A DNA stretch of 64,000 bases, from positions 40,996 through 104,995 of the forward strand of contig SVQZ01000001.1 in NCBI GenBank assembly GCA_015065105.1, in the 5' to 3' direction. Below the pieces are notes generated by a model. It did not search any database, was not told where the DNA came from, and worked only from the letters and a program-made list of their open reading frames with translations. The DNA is from Oscillospiraceae bacterium (GTDB lineage Bacteria > Bacillota > Clostridia > Oscillospirales > CAG-272). Shown here in pieces: positions 28,598-40,313 of the stretch. The translations under genes and the position numbers were made by a program. Every line of letters begins with the position of its first letter. Position 1 is the stretch's first letter.

Positions 28598-31500
28598 TTG
28601 GCTAAAACTTTTTTAGAGGTATTTTCAAAATATAGACCCGATGACGTAACGGCAGGGCTTCTCAATTCATCCGAGATCAAGGGCAGGCGGGCTGACGTTG
28701 AAAAAAGGATGCTTGAGGTTGACGTTGCCTTTTCACAGATAATTTCAAAGAATATTCTTTACCGTATCGAGGAAGAAATAGCGAAGGCATACGATCTTCG
28801 TATGATGCGTATCTGTCCTAAATATAATGAAGAGCTGTTCTACGTTGACTATATAAAGGAGATTCTTAAAGAGGCGTCGAGAAGCGCCTCTGTTTCTCGC
28901 GGATTTTTTAACGATTATCAATACAGGATCGACGGTAACGAAATAATTATAGACCTTGATTTCACAAACGGCGGTATAGAGCTTTTATATTCCGCCCAAA
29001 CAAATAAAGAGATCGAAAAGATCATTTTCAACGAGTTTGGTCTCCATTATGACGTTACATTAAGAAGGAGCGATGATGCAACCTTCGATTATGAAAGCTA
29101 CAGCCGCCGACAGATGGAGGAGCTTTCTAAATACATTCAGGAGATAGAGGCTGAACGTGAAAGAATACTTAATGCCCCTCCCGAGCTTACGGATACAGAG
29201 GATAAGGAGCCCGTATATACGGTAAACTCTACAGAGCTTGAAGAACCTGTACTCGAAAATCTTGAAAACGGACACATAAGAATAGGTCATATTACCGTTG
29301 ACATTTCAGAACCCGAATATTTCATGGGTGATCATATTCCCTTTGATATTATTCCTACTCCCATATCTTCCCTTACCGGCAATATGCGTAATATCTGCAC
29401 CATTGGGCGAATAGTTAACTTTGAGGCTAAACCGACGAGAAAAAACGACAAGCAGATAATCTCCTTTGGTATCACCGACGAGCAGGGCTCGATAACGGTA
29501 AAAGCAGTACTGCCCAATGAAGAGGCTGAGCCTCTTATGAAAGCTATATCAAAAACAAAATATAAGGAAAAACGCGGTACGATAAAGGTTGAGCTTTATT
29601 CAGGCGTTCTATGTGTTGTCGGAAACGTTAAGCAGGATTCCTTTGACGGTGAATTTACTCTCAATTTCTCCGATGCCTGTTCGGTCAAAGAGATAAAGAG
29701 AAGCGATGATGCCGAGGTAAAAAGAGTTGAACTGCACTGTCATACAAATATGTCAGCCATGGATGCTACCATCCCTCCGGGAACTCTTGTTGAGCTGGCG
29801 GCCTCCTGGGGACACAGAGCTATTGCGGTAACAGATCACGGTAATGTTCAGGGATTTCCCGAGGCAATGCTTGCCGCTGACGGACTCGCAAAAAAGGGTA
29901 TAGATTTCAAGGTAATCTACGGCATGGAGGCATATTACGTGGATGATACAGCGAGAGCGGTTTACGGTGATGCGAAGGCATCCCTTGACGATGAATTCGT
30001 TGTATTCGACCTTGAAACCACAGGTCTTTCCGCGACCTATAATAAGATAACCGAAATCGGCGCAGTAAAGGTAAAAAACGGCGGAGTCATTGACACCTTC
30101 AATACCTTGGTCGATCCCGAGGTTCCGATACCCGCTGATATCGTTGAATTAACAGGTATTACGGATGAAATGGTTAAGGGCGCTCCGAAATGTAAGGAAG
30201 CCTTGGTAAGCTTTCTTGAATTTTGCGGAGATGATATACTTATAGCTCACAACGCAACCTTTGACACCTCATTTATCCGTGCGGCTGCAAAGGAATATAA
30301 GCTTGAATTTAACAACACATATCTCGATACAGTACCGCTTTCGATGTACGTTAATCCTGAGCTTAAAAAGCATAAGCTGAATGTACTTGCAGATTATTTC
30401 AAGCTTCCGGAGTTCAATCATCACAGAGCCTGCGATGATGCTGAGATGCTTGCCAAAATATTCTTCTGTATGTGTAACAAGCTCAAATTAGAAGGTATTA
30501 CCGATTTTGATGCCATGAACAGAGCCATGGCAGACAGAGCCGATCCAAAAAAGCAGAGATCCTACCATATGATAATTCTCGCAAAAAATATGGTTGGATT
30601 AAAGAATCTTTATCATCTTATATCAAAGAGCTATCTTGATTATTATTATAAGAATCCCCGAATTCCCAAAACGCTTCTTGAGGAATACCGCGAAGGTCTT
30701 ATCATAGGCTCCGCCTGTGAATCCGGAGAACTCTATTCCGCAATTTTAAAGAATAAGAGTCACGAAGAACTTCTTGAAATCGCTGATTTTTACGATTATC
30801 TTGAAATTCAGCCCCTTTGTAATAATATGTTTATGCTTGATAAGGGTCTTGTGCCCGATATTGATGCTTTAAAGGCCATAAACAGACAGATAATAGATCT
30901 CGGCAAAGAGCTTGGTAAGCCTACCGTAGCTACCTGTGACGCGCATTTTGCGGACAAGCACCATGAGATCTACCGTAAGATACTCCTTAAATCAATGAAA
31001 TTTAAGGACGGTGACAGGGATACGGGCATATATCTGCGTACGACAGAGGAAATGCTGAAGGAATTTGACTATCTCGGAGAAGAATTAGCGTATGAGGTGG
31101 TTGTTGAAAATCCTAATAAGATAGCTGACATGACAGAAAAGATCAGAGCTATCCCCGAGGGTACATATACTCCCGAAATGGAGGGCGCTGAAGAGGATCT
31201 CCAGCGTATCTGCTGGGAAAGAGCAAAGAGTATGTACGGAGATCCCTTGCCCGAAATAGTAAGCGAAAGACTCGACAGAGAGCTTACTTCAATCATCAAA
31301 AACGGCTTTGCAGTGCTTTACATGATAGCACAAAAGCTTGTATGGTATTCGGAGGAGAACGGCTATCTTGTTGGTTCACGAGGCTCGGTTGGTTCGTCAT
31401 TCGTTGCAACAATGGCGGGTATAAGCGAGGTTAATCCGCTTGTGCCCCATTACAGATGTCCTAACTGTAAGCATTCTGAATTCTATACCGACGGTTCTAT

Positions 31501-33187
31501 AGGTTCAGGCTATGACTTACCCGATAAAGACTGCCCTCATTGCGGCACGCATATGATCGGAGACGGCCATGATATCCCCTTTGAAACGTTCCTCGGCTTC
31601 TACGGTGATAAATCCCCCGATATCGACCTTAATTTCTCGGGAGATGTTCAGGGTAAGGTTCATAAATATACCGAGGAACTTTTCGGGTCCGAAAACGTGT
31701 TCAGAGCCGGAACTATTTCCGCTCTTGCAGAAAAAACCGCCTTTGGTCTTGTAAAGAAATATGCGGAGGAAAAGGCTATCCCCCTCAACCGTTCCGAGGT
31801 AGAGCGTCTCAAAAACGGATGTGTCGGTGTTAAAAAAACTACCGGTCAGCATCCCGGCGGTATTATCGTTGTACCGAGAAAATACGACGTTACCGACTTT
31901 ACTCCGGTTCAGCATCCTGCAGACGATGCCAATTCAAGTATAATAACAACACACTTTGCATTCTCATATCTTCACGATACCATCCTTAAGCTTGATGAGC
32001 TCGGACACGATATGCCGACAAAGTATAAAATGCTCGAGGAATATTCGGGCTTAAGCGTTCTCGACGTTCCTATGAACGATAAAAAGGTCATGAGTCTATT
32101 CCTTAACACCGAGGCATTAGGTATTACTGCAGAGGAATGCGGAGCTCCCGTAGGAAGCTTCGGTCTCCCTGAATTCGGTACACGATTTGTTCAGCAGGTT
32201 ATAGTTGACACAAAGCCTAAATCATTCTCCGATCTTTTACAGCTCTCCGGTCTTACTCACGGTACAGACGTTTGGGCAGGTAACGGTGATGAGCTTATTA
32301 AAAACGGTACCTGTACGATATCAGAGCTTATCGGAACCCGTGACTCGATCATGACCTATCTTATCTACCACGGTGTAGAAAAGAGTATGTCCTTTAAGAT
32401 AATGGAGGACGTACGAAAGGGTAAGGGCTTAAAGCCTGAATACGAGGAGGCTATGAGAGCGCAGGAAATTCCCGACTGGTATATCGCTTCCTGTAAAAAG
32501 ATCAAATATATGTTCCCTAAGGCACATGCCGCGGCTTACGTTACTTCGGCAATACGCCTTGCATGGTTCAAGGTCTATTATCCTGTTGTGTTCTATGCGG
32601 CATTCTTTACCGTTGCGCCCTCCGGATTCGATGCTGAGATAGTCGGAAATGGAAGAGCTAACGTTGCATTCACCTTAAAGGATATAGACGAAAGAAGAAA
32701 GAAAAAACAGACCGAAAAGAAGGAAGAGGATATGATTCCTGCACTTCAGCTTGCAAACGAAGCAATGGCGCGAGGTGTAAAATTCCTGCCGATAGACCTA
32801 TATAAGTCTCACGCATTTAAATTTCTGCCCGAAGGAGAGGACGGAATACGTATGCCCTTTAATGCTTTACCCGGCTTAGGTGATGCCGCGGCTGAAAAGA
32901 TCATGGAGGTATGTGTATCGGGTGATCTTCTTTCTATCGAGGATCTTCGCCAGAGAGCGGGTCTTTCAAAATCCATAATAGAGATTTTAAGACGAAATAA
33001 AGCCTTTACAGGGCTTTCCGAGACCAACCAGGTATCTTTGCTTGATAACCCGGGTATCGGCTCAAACGAGCACGAAAATGAGCTTGAACGCAAGCGTAAC
33101 GAGCTCTTAAAAAATACCGAATCACAGCTGCAAAAAAACTATGACTATGATGCAGTTGACGATGATTCGCAGATCTCATTATTCTAA
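28598..33187 (+). CDS. polC: DNA polymerase III PolC-type
   Basis: RVELHCHT PHP, DLETTG exonuclease, GSRGSVGSS, PDIDLNF, YMFPKAHA; C-terminal QISLF. Confidence 0.97.
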   Translation: MAKTFLEVFSKYRPDDVTAGLLNSSEIKGRRADVEKRMLEVDVAFSQIISKNILYRIEEEIAKAYDLRMMRICPKYNEELFYVDYIKEILKEASRSASVSRGFFNDYQYRIDGNEIIIDLDFTNGGIELLYSAQTNKEIEKIIFNEFGLHYDVTLRRSDDATFDYESYSRRQMEELSKYIQEIEAERERILNAPPELTDTEDKEPVYTVNSTELEEPVLENLENGHIRIGHITVDISEPEYFMGDHIPFDIIPTPISSLTGNMRNICTIGRIVNFEAKPTRKNDKQIISFGITDEQGSITVKAVLPNEEAEPLMKAISKTKYKEKRGTIKVELYSGVLCVVGNVKQDSFDGEFTLNFSDACSVKEIKRSDDAEVKRVELHCHTNMSAMDATIPPGTLVELAASWGHRAIAVTDHGNVQGFPEAMLAADGLAKKGIDFKVIYGMEAYYVDDTARAVYGDAKASLDDEFVVFDLETTGLSATYNKITEIGAVKVKNGGVIDTFNTLVDPEVPIPADIVELTGITDEMVKGAPKCKEALVSFLEFCGDDILIAHNATFDTSFIRAAAKEYKLEFNNTYLDTVPLSMYVNPELKKHKLNVLADYFKLPEFNHHRACDDAEMLAKIFFCMCNKLKLEGITDFDAMNRAMADRADPKKQRSYHMIILAKNMVGLKNLYHLISKSYLDYYYKNPRIPKTLLEEYREGLIIGSACESGELYSAILKNKSHEELLEIADFYDYLEIQPLCNNMFMLDKGLVPDIDALKAINRQIIDLGKELGKPTVATCDAHFADKHHEIYRKILLKSMKFKDGDRDTGIYLRTTEEMLKEFDYLGEELAYEVVVENPNKIADMTEKIRAIPEGTYTPEMEGAEEDLQRICWERAKSMYGDPLPEIVSERLDRELTSIIKNGFAVLYMIAQKLVWYSEENGYLVGSRGSVGSSFVATMAGISEVNPLVPHYRCPNCKHSEFYTDGSIGSGYDLPDKDCPHCGTHMIGDGHDIPFETFLGFYGDKSPDIDLNFSGDVQGKVHKYTEELFGSENVFRAGTISALAEKTAFGLVKKYAEEKAIPLNRSEVERLKNGCVGVKKTTGQHPGGIIVVPRKYDVTDFTPVQHPADDANSSIITTHFAFSYLHDTILKLDELGHDMPTKYKMLEEYSGLSVLDVPMNDKKVMSLFLNTEALGITAEECGAPVGSFGLPEFGTRFVQQVIVDTKPKSFSDLLQLSGLTHGTDVWAGNGDELIKNGTCTISELIGTRDSIMTYLIYHGVEKSMSFKIMEDVRKGKGLKPEYEEAMRAQEIPDWYIASCKKIKYMFPKAHAAAYVTSAIRLAWFKVYYPVVFYAAFFTVAPSGFDAEIVGNGRANVAFTLKDIDERRKKKQTEKKEEDMIPALQLANEAMARGVKFLPIDLYKSHAFKFLPEGEDGIRMPFNALPGLGDAAAEKIMEVCVSGDLLSIEDLRQRAGLSKSIIEILRRNKAFTGLSETNQVSLLDNPGIGSNEHENELERKRNELLKNTESQLQKNYDYDAVDDDSQISLF

Positions 33188-33225
33188 ATAAAAAAAGTAC
33201 GGAGTGATCCGTACTTTTTTTATTT
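33187..33225. terminator. bidirectional terminator polC/ybaK
   Basis: AAATAAAAAAAGTACGGA-GTGA-TCCGTACTTTTTTTATTT perfect inverted repeat. Confidence 0.9.
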
Positions 33226-33314
33226 ATAGGAAATTGCTCCACTTCGGGTACTGAAGAAACAAGCCTATGTAAGGTTCACGCCCGATCATCGGTGCGGGCC
33301 GGCGCCCGCTTTTT
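33226..33314 (+). repeat. terminator-docked dispersed repeat, full copy A
   Basis: Aligns end to end with the reverse complement of 47841-47926 (about a dozen differences in ~88 nt, counted by eye). Confidence 0.85.
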
Positions 33315-33315
33315 G

Positions 33316-33786
33316 TTATTCTATCGGTTTTGAAACGTCTATCCATTCCTTGGCATTTGAATAGCTTTCAAGCTCGTCGATAGTAAGCTCGATTGCGCTG
33401 TTCGAACTGCCTGCGGCAGGGAATACAGTCTCGAAACGTTTCATAGATATATCAAGGTAAACCTTTATACCTTCGTTGATGCCAAAGGGACAAACACCGC
33501 CGACTCCGTGGCCTATATTAGGCTCTACCTCGTCAAAGGAAAGCATTTTCGCCTTTGTATGGAACTGTGCCTTATATTTTGAGTTATCTATCTTTGCGTC
33601 TCCTGCTAAAAGGATAAGTATTACTGCATCGTCAACCCAAAAGGACATAGTTTTTGCTATTCTTGCAGGCTCTGTGCCTGCCGCCTTTGCCGCAAGCTCA
33701 ACAGTTGCGCTCGATTCTTCAAATTCAAGAATCCTTGTTTCGATATTAAACTGTGAAAAATATGATCTGACTCTTTCGATAGACAT
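33316..33786 (-). CDS. YbaK/EbsC family aminoacyl-tRNA deacylase-like protein
   Basis: SSATVELAA, IAKTM, GGVCPFG, AAGSSNSAI. Confidence 0.9.
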   Translation of the reverse strand: MSIERVRSYFSQFNIETRILEFEESSATVELAAKAAGTEPARIAKTMSFWVDDAVILILLAGDAKIDNSKYKAQFHTKAKMLSFDEVEPNIGHGVGGVCPFGINEGIKVYLDISMKRFETVFPAAGSSNSAIELTIDELESYSNAKEWIDVSKPIE

Positions 33787-33795
33787 ATAAGATCC

Positions 33796-35580
33796 TTATC
33801 TGAGCTTGTACTGAACAGAAAGCTCTTTATACTTTTCGCTGAATTCTTCGTTTTCGATAGATTTGAGAGCGTTGAGATATTCGTGGGTATCGTAAGCGTT
33901 CTGTACTACCTCTATCATTGTAACCGCGATATTAGAGCAATGGTCGGAAACTCTTTCGAAATTCGTGAGTATATCGTTCAAAACAAAGCCGTGCTCTATC
34001 GTACATTCTCCGACCTTAAGACGGGTTATATGTCTTGATTTTATGGAAGCAAGAATTGTATCGATAACCTGTTCGAGAGGCTCTACCTCTTTCGCAAGGG
34101 AAAGGTCGTTTTTAATGTAAGCTTCCGTTGTAAGCTTTACAATATCGGTCAATGCTCTGTGAGCAACCTTGAGATCTGCCATTGCATCATCGGTAAACTT
34201 AAGGTTCTTTTCATGCATTTCACGGGCAGCCTTGATAAGATTAACCGCATGGTCGCCGAGACGCTCAAAATCACCGATAGAGTGAAGCATACGCGATACC
34301 TCTGCGTTATCCTTATCGGAAAGCTCATTTCTTGAAAGCTTTACAAGGAAGGTGCCGAGCTTGTCCTCGTATTTATCAATATCACTTTCTATAGTCATTA
34401 CGTCGTTAGCTCTGCGTTCATCGTAATTACCGCACAAATTGATTGCAGAAATAATGGCGGTCTCTGCTTTACTTGCCATTTCAATGCAACGGTTTTTACA
34501 TTCTGAGATGGCGAATGCGGGTGTGTTAAGAAGTCTGTCGTCGATAAACGTATATTTTTCTTCCTTACCGGGCTTATCCTTGATAATGATATTTGCAATT
34601 TTAACAAGAGCTTTCTGGAAGGGAAGAAGAAGTACCGTTGTAAAAAAGTTAAATATAGAGTGGGCAACTGCAATCTTAAACGGAGTCACGTTTGAGGCTA
34701 AGAAATCGATTATTACTTCACTTCTAAAGATATAATAAACGGGAATGTATATAAGCAATACTATCGATGTACCGATAAGATTGAACAAGATATGTATTAC
34801 TGCAACTCGCTTTGCGTTCTTATTAACTCCGATACTGGAAATAAGAGACGTTACACAGGTACCGATATTCTGACCCATTATGATCGGAATAGCCATACCA
34901 AAGGATACCATACCCGTCGTGTTTGCCAGATTCTGTAAAATAGCAACAGAAGCAGCAGAGCTCTGAATGATACCGGTGAATACGGCACCAACCAAAACAC
35001 CGATCAAGGGGTTACTGAATACAGAGATTATTGTTTCGAACTTTTCGGGATTCGATTCTGCAAAGGCTGCAATAGGCTCCATTGCGTCCCCCATAAGCTC
35101 CATACCGAACATCAAAACGGCAAATCCGATTAAAATATTACCTGTATCCTTCTTCTTAGTTGTTTTACCAAGCATTATAAGAGCAATACCGATAAATGCA
35201 ACAAGAGGAGAAAAGTTTGCGGGCTTCAAAAGGGCTATCCATCCGTCCGACTCAATACCCGAAAGAGAAAGGATCCATGCAGTAAGAGTAGTACCTATAT
35301 TGGAACCCATGATTACACCAACGGTACTGCCAAGAGACATAATACCCGAGTTTACAAGACCAACAAGCATTACTGTAAGTGCTGAGGATGACTGTATTGC
35401 AATCGTAATACCTGCACCGAGAACCAAGCTCTTTAACCAATGGGATGTTGCACTCTGAAGGGCATTCTGAAGCTTACCGCCGGAAAGCTTTTCGAGACCC
35501 GAGGACATTACATTCATACCAAAGAGGAAGAAACCAAGGCCACCTAACAACATAAATGCCTGAATGAAAATTTGTACCAT
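33796..35580 (-). CDS. Na+/Pi cotransporter with PhoU domains
   Basis: Two QSSS/QSSA repeats, GSNIGTT/GQNIGT, C-terminal PhoU (DFERLGDHAVN, NFERVSDHCSNIA); start uncertain. Confidence 0.9.
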   Translation of the reverse strand: MVQIFIQAFMLLGGLGFFLFGMNVMSSGLEKLSGGKLQNALQSATSHWLKSLVLGAGITIAIQSSSALTVMLVGLVNSGIMSLGSTVGVIMGSNIGTTLTAWILSLSGIESDGWIALLKPANFSPLVAFIGIALIMLGKTTKKKDTGNILIGFAVLMFGMELMGDAMEPIAAFAESNPEKFETIISVFSNPLIGVLVGAVFTGIIQSSAASVAILQNLANTTGMVSFGMAIPIIMGQNIGTCVTSLISSIGVNKNAKRVAVIHILFNLIGTSIVLLIYIPVYYIFRSEVIIDFLASNVTPFKIAVAHSIFNFFTTVLLLPFQKALVKIANIIIKDKPGKEEKYTFIDDRLLNTPAFAISECKNRCIEMASKAETAIISAINLCGNYDERRANDVMTIESDIDKYEDKLGTFLVKLSRNELSDKDNAEVSRMLHSIGDFERLGDHAVNLIKAAREMHEKNLKFTDDAMADLKVAHRALTDIVKLTTEAYIKNDLSLAKEVEPLEQVIDTILASIKSRHITRLKVGECTIEHGFVLNDILTNFERVSDHCSNIAVTMIEVVQNAYDTHEYLNALKSIENEEFSEKYKELSVQYKLR

Positions 35581-35687
35581 TTCATGTTCGACGAATATCG
35601 TCTTTACCTCACTTGAATTTTGTATTGTCGCATACGCTTTAATTATACAATATTTTAGTTGTTTTGGCAATAGAAAACAAAAGAATT

Positions 35688-36212
35688 TTATTTATTTACA
35701 ACTGATTTAATTTTTGTACCAATTAGTGAAACAACGGTTATCTTTATAATATCTCCGGGGATAAAGGGAAGGATCATCAATATTACGGCATTGATATCGC
35801 CGCTCTTAAGCCATAACAGATACCAAAACGCTCCGACTGCATATAAAACAAAGGTTGAGATAAGCATTATAATAAATTTCAGCAAGCTATTAATCGTTTT
35901 TTTAAAGCCTGCGGTAAGTATTATAACAAAAGGTATATATCCTAAAATAAAACCGCCTGAAGGGGATAAGAGCTGTGTTATCCCGCCCGTGAATGACGAA
36001 AACACGGGAAGTCCCGTAAATCCGCAGGCAACGTATATTATTACCGAGAATACAGCAACCTTCGGGGTATGTATGTAAGCGTACAGATAAATAAGAAGAG
36101 TGCACAGGGTTATCGGAACAACACCAAAGGGAAGGGCTATGGGTGACAATACGCACAATAGTCCTGCCGATAATGCAGTATATACAAGATTTTTAAGTTT
36201 AGTTCTTTTCAT
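35688..36212 (-). CDS. bioY: biotin transporter BioY
   Basis: [30 protein letters not shown]. Confidence 0.88.
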   Translation of the reverse strand: MKRTKLKNLVYTALSAGLLCVLSPIALPFGVVPITLCTLLIYLYAYIHTPKVAVFSVIIYVACGFTGLPVFSSFTGGITQLLSPSGGFILGYIPFVIILTAGFKKTINSLLKFIIMLISTFVLYAVGAFWYLLWLKSGDINAVILMILPFIPGDIIKITVVSLIGTKIKSVVNK

Positions 36213-37704
36213 TTGTAAGCGTACGGGAAACGGCATCTCTCCAGCCCTTTAAGTATTTATCTTTTAATTCACTATCCATAACGGGTGTAAATTTCTTTGC
36301 TATAGATTTAAGAGCTTTGATCTCGTCGGTATTCTTATAATAGCCTGTAGCAAGTCCTGCAAGGTATGCCGCGCCTAATGCCGTTGATTCGATGCACGCG
36401 GGACGGTTGATCTCAACACCAAGAATATCCGCCTGGAACTGCATCAAAAGATCGTTTGCACAGGCTCCTCCGTCAACGTTCAGGCTTTGCATTCTTATAC
36501 CTGCCGATCTTTCCATAGCTCTCAAAATATCATGACTTTGGTAGGCTATGCTCTCAAGACCCGCACGTACAATATGGCTTTTATTTGTACCTCTTGTAAG
36601 GCCCGTTACAGTACCCTTTGCGTATTGATCCCAGTAGGGCGCGCCAAGTCCTGTAAAGGCAGGAACTATATAAACTCCTGCGTTATCCTGAACCTTTGAA
36701 GCCTCAAGCTCAGAATCCGCCGCAGAGCTGATGAATTGCATCTGATCGCGAAGCCATTGTATTACTGCGCCTCCGACAAATACAGAGCCTTCAAGAGCAT
36801 AGGTTACTTTACCGTCAATACCCCATGCAATTGTTGAAACAAGACCGTCATTGTTGATATGAGGCTTACCGGCTGTGTTGAGTAAAAGAAAGCAACCTGT
36901 TCCGTAAGTATTTTTGGCTTGTCCCTCATCAAAGCAGGTCTGACCGAAAAGTGCTGCCTGCTGGTCGCCTGCTATACCCGATATAGGTATATCTGTTGTA
37001 AGTCCGAAGAGTGAAGTGGTACCGAAAATGCCGCTTGACGGACAAACTGCCGGAAGCATAGATTCGGGTATATCGAGCAATTCGAGAAGCTCCTTGTCCC
37101 AAGCAAGCTCGTTAATATTATAAAGCATCGTTCTCGAAGCATTTGAATAGTCTGTTGCATGAACTCTGCCTTCTGTAAGATTCCAGAGAAGCCATGTATC
37201 GACTGTACCGAAAAGAAGCTCTCCCTTTTCCGCCTTCTCACGGGCGCCCTTTACAGAATCGAGTATCCATTTGATTTTAGTACCTGAAAAGTACGCATCG
37301 ATCACAAGTCCCGTTTTATTCTTTATTATATCGGTATAGCCTTCCTGCTTTAGTCTGTCGCAATATTCAGCGGTTCTTCTGCATTGCCATACGATAGCGT
37401 TATATATAGGTCTGCCTGTGTATTTGTCCCATACTACCGTTGTTTCTCTTTGGTTTGTTATTCCGATCGAATCTATCTCATTTGCTCCGATACCGCTTTT
37501 CTCAAGAGCTTCCTTGGCTACTGTCAACTGAGTTTGCCAGATCTCTAAGGGATCGTGCTCTACATAGGAGGGAAGAGGGAATATCTGTTTGTACTCCTTT
37601 TGTGCAAGGCTGATGATATTTCCGTTTTTATCAAATATTATACATCTTGAGCTTGTAGTACCCTGATCGAGTGCCATTATATATTTTTTGTTCATTTTAA
37701 ACAC
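36199..37704 (-). CDS. glpK: glycerol kinase
   Basis: [46 protein letters not shown]. Confidence 0.96.
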   Translation of the reverse strand: MFKMNKKYIMALDQGTTSSRCIIFDKNGNIISLAQKEYKQIFPLPSYVEHDPLEIWQTQLTVAKEALEKSGIGANEIDSIGITNQRETTVVWDKYTGRPIYNAIVWQCRRTAEYCDRLKQEGYTDIIKNKTGLVIDAYFSGTKIKWILDSVKGAREKAEKGELLFGTVDTWLLWNLTEGRVHATDYSNASRTMLYNINELAWDKELLELLDIPESMLPAVCPSSGIFGTTSLFGLTTDIPISGIAGDQQAALFGQTCFDEGQAKNTYGTGCFLLLNTAGKPHINNDGLVSTIAWGIDGKVTYALEGSVFVGGAVIQWLRDQMQFISSAADSELEASKVQDNAGVYIVPAFTGLGAPYWDQYAKGTVTGLTRGTNKSHIVRAGLESIAYQSHDILRAMERSAGIRMQSLNVDGGACANDLLMQFQADILGVEINRPACIESTALGAAYLAGLATGYYKNTDEIKALKSIAKKFTPVMDSELKDKYLKGWRDAVSRTLTNEKN

Positions 37705-38577
37705 CTAATTTATGTATGTTACAGCATTGGGATAGACCGATATTTCTATCTTGTCGGTTTCTTCTATCTCACCGTCGGCGCATATCGTTTTTGTATTTTC
37801 GACGGTAACGTTTTTACATTTAAAATATTTAACGATATCCTTGAATTTAGGATCAAGCTCTTCTGTTTTACTGTCTATATAGCTTCCCTTACGGTATGCT
37901 GAAACAAGGGAAGCAAATTTAACTCTTGAGATTTTTGATACTATAAGCATATCAAGAAGCCCGTCATCAGAAACGGCAAGAGGTAATGCCTTAAAACCTC
38001 CGCCGCAGTAGGGAAGATTACCTACACAGCAAAGAAGACATTTTTCGTAAACTATATGCTTCTTATCATTCCTATCTATAATAGTTATCTTAAAATCCTG
38101 GCCTAACTTGTGAGAAAGTACGTTCAATACTCCTAAAATATAAGCAGAGCTTCCAGAAATAAGCTTTTTGTTCTTATAAAGTCCCGTTTTCTCGGCAACA
38201 TCGCAGTCGAAGCCGATATTTATCATATTAACAGCGTAGGTTCCGTTATACTTTATAAGATCTATCTTTCGTTCTCCCTTTTCATTTTCAAAAGCACGTC
38301 TGAAATCATTACCGCTGCCTGTAGGCATTACGCTGAACGCGGCTCTGTCCTGTGCATTTGCTTCCATGATTCCGTTTACGACCTCGTTTATCGTACCGTC
38401 GCCGCCGCATACGATAAAACGAAGACGGCCTTCGTTATTCTCACAGCATTCCTTAACGTAGCGTGTTGCGTCCCCTACAGCCTTTGTGGTATATACAATA
38501 GCATTCGTCTTTTTAAGCTCCGCTTTTACAGCATCGCCGTGTCCTGCTTTGGGATTGATTATCTGAAATATTTTCAT
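37705..38577 (-). CDS. YegS/DAGK family lipid kinase
   Basis: NPKAG, GGDGTINEV, PTGSGNDF, DGE. Confidence 0.88.
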   Translation of the reverse strand: MKIFQIINPKAGHGDAVKAELKKTNAIVYTTKAVGDATRYVKECCENNEGRLRFIVCGGDGTINEVVNGIMEANAQDRAAFSVMPTGSGNDFRRAFENEKGERKIDLIKYNGTYAVNMINIGFDCDVAEKTGLYKNKKLISGSSAYILGVLNVLSHKLGQDFKITIIDRNDKKHIVYEKCLLCCVGNLPYCGGGFKALPLAVSDDGLLDMLIVSKISRVKFASLVSAYRKGSYIDSKTEELDPKFKDIVKYFKCKNVTVENTKTICADGEIEETDKIEISVYPNAVTYIN

Positions 38578-38695
38578 TGTGAAACTCCTTGTGGTTATTT
38601 CGATTTTATTATACAACATTTATTTTAATTTATCAAGATTATCCGATATATTTGATATCGCAAAAAATTTCATAAAAAATTCATAGGTAAATATG

Positions 38696-38724
38696 TTGAC
38701 TTAAAAATAAAACTGATATATAAT
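38696..38724 (+). promoter_or_regulatory. sigma-A promoter of guaB
   Basis: TTGACT-N17-TATAAT. Confidence 0.7.
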
Positions 38725-38730
38725 AATTAA

Positions 38731-40227
<1,497 letters not shown>

Positions 40228-40313
40228 TCAAAAGCTCTCAAACGAGAGCTTTTCTATTTTACTGCATTTAGAAGAAATAAAGAACGAAGGCTCCTTGTGG
40301 AGCCTTCTGTTAA

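Noticed and set aside
28598-33187. Intein in the long PolC
   Set aside because: No C...HN splice junctions or LAGLIDADG motifs; the extra length is explained by N-terminal linkers and the C-terminal tail
35580-35612. SD-like GAGGT ~25 nt from the Na/Pi transporter ATG, separated by a small hairpin
   Set aside because: Could indicate an ATA start or a looped-out spacer, but the evidence is too weak without orthologue alignment
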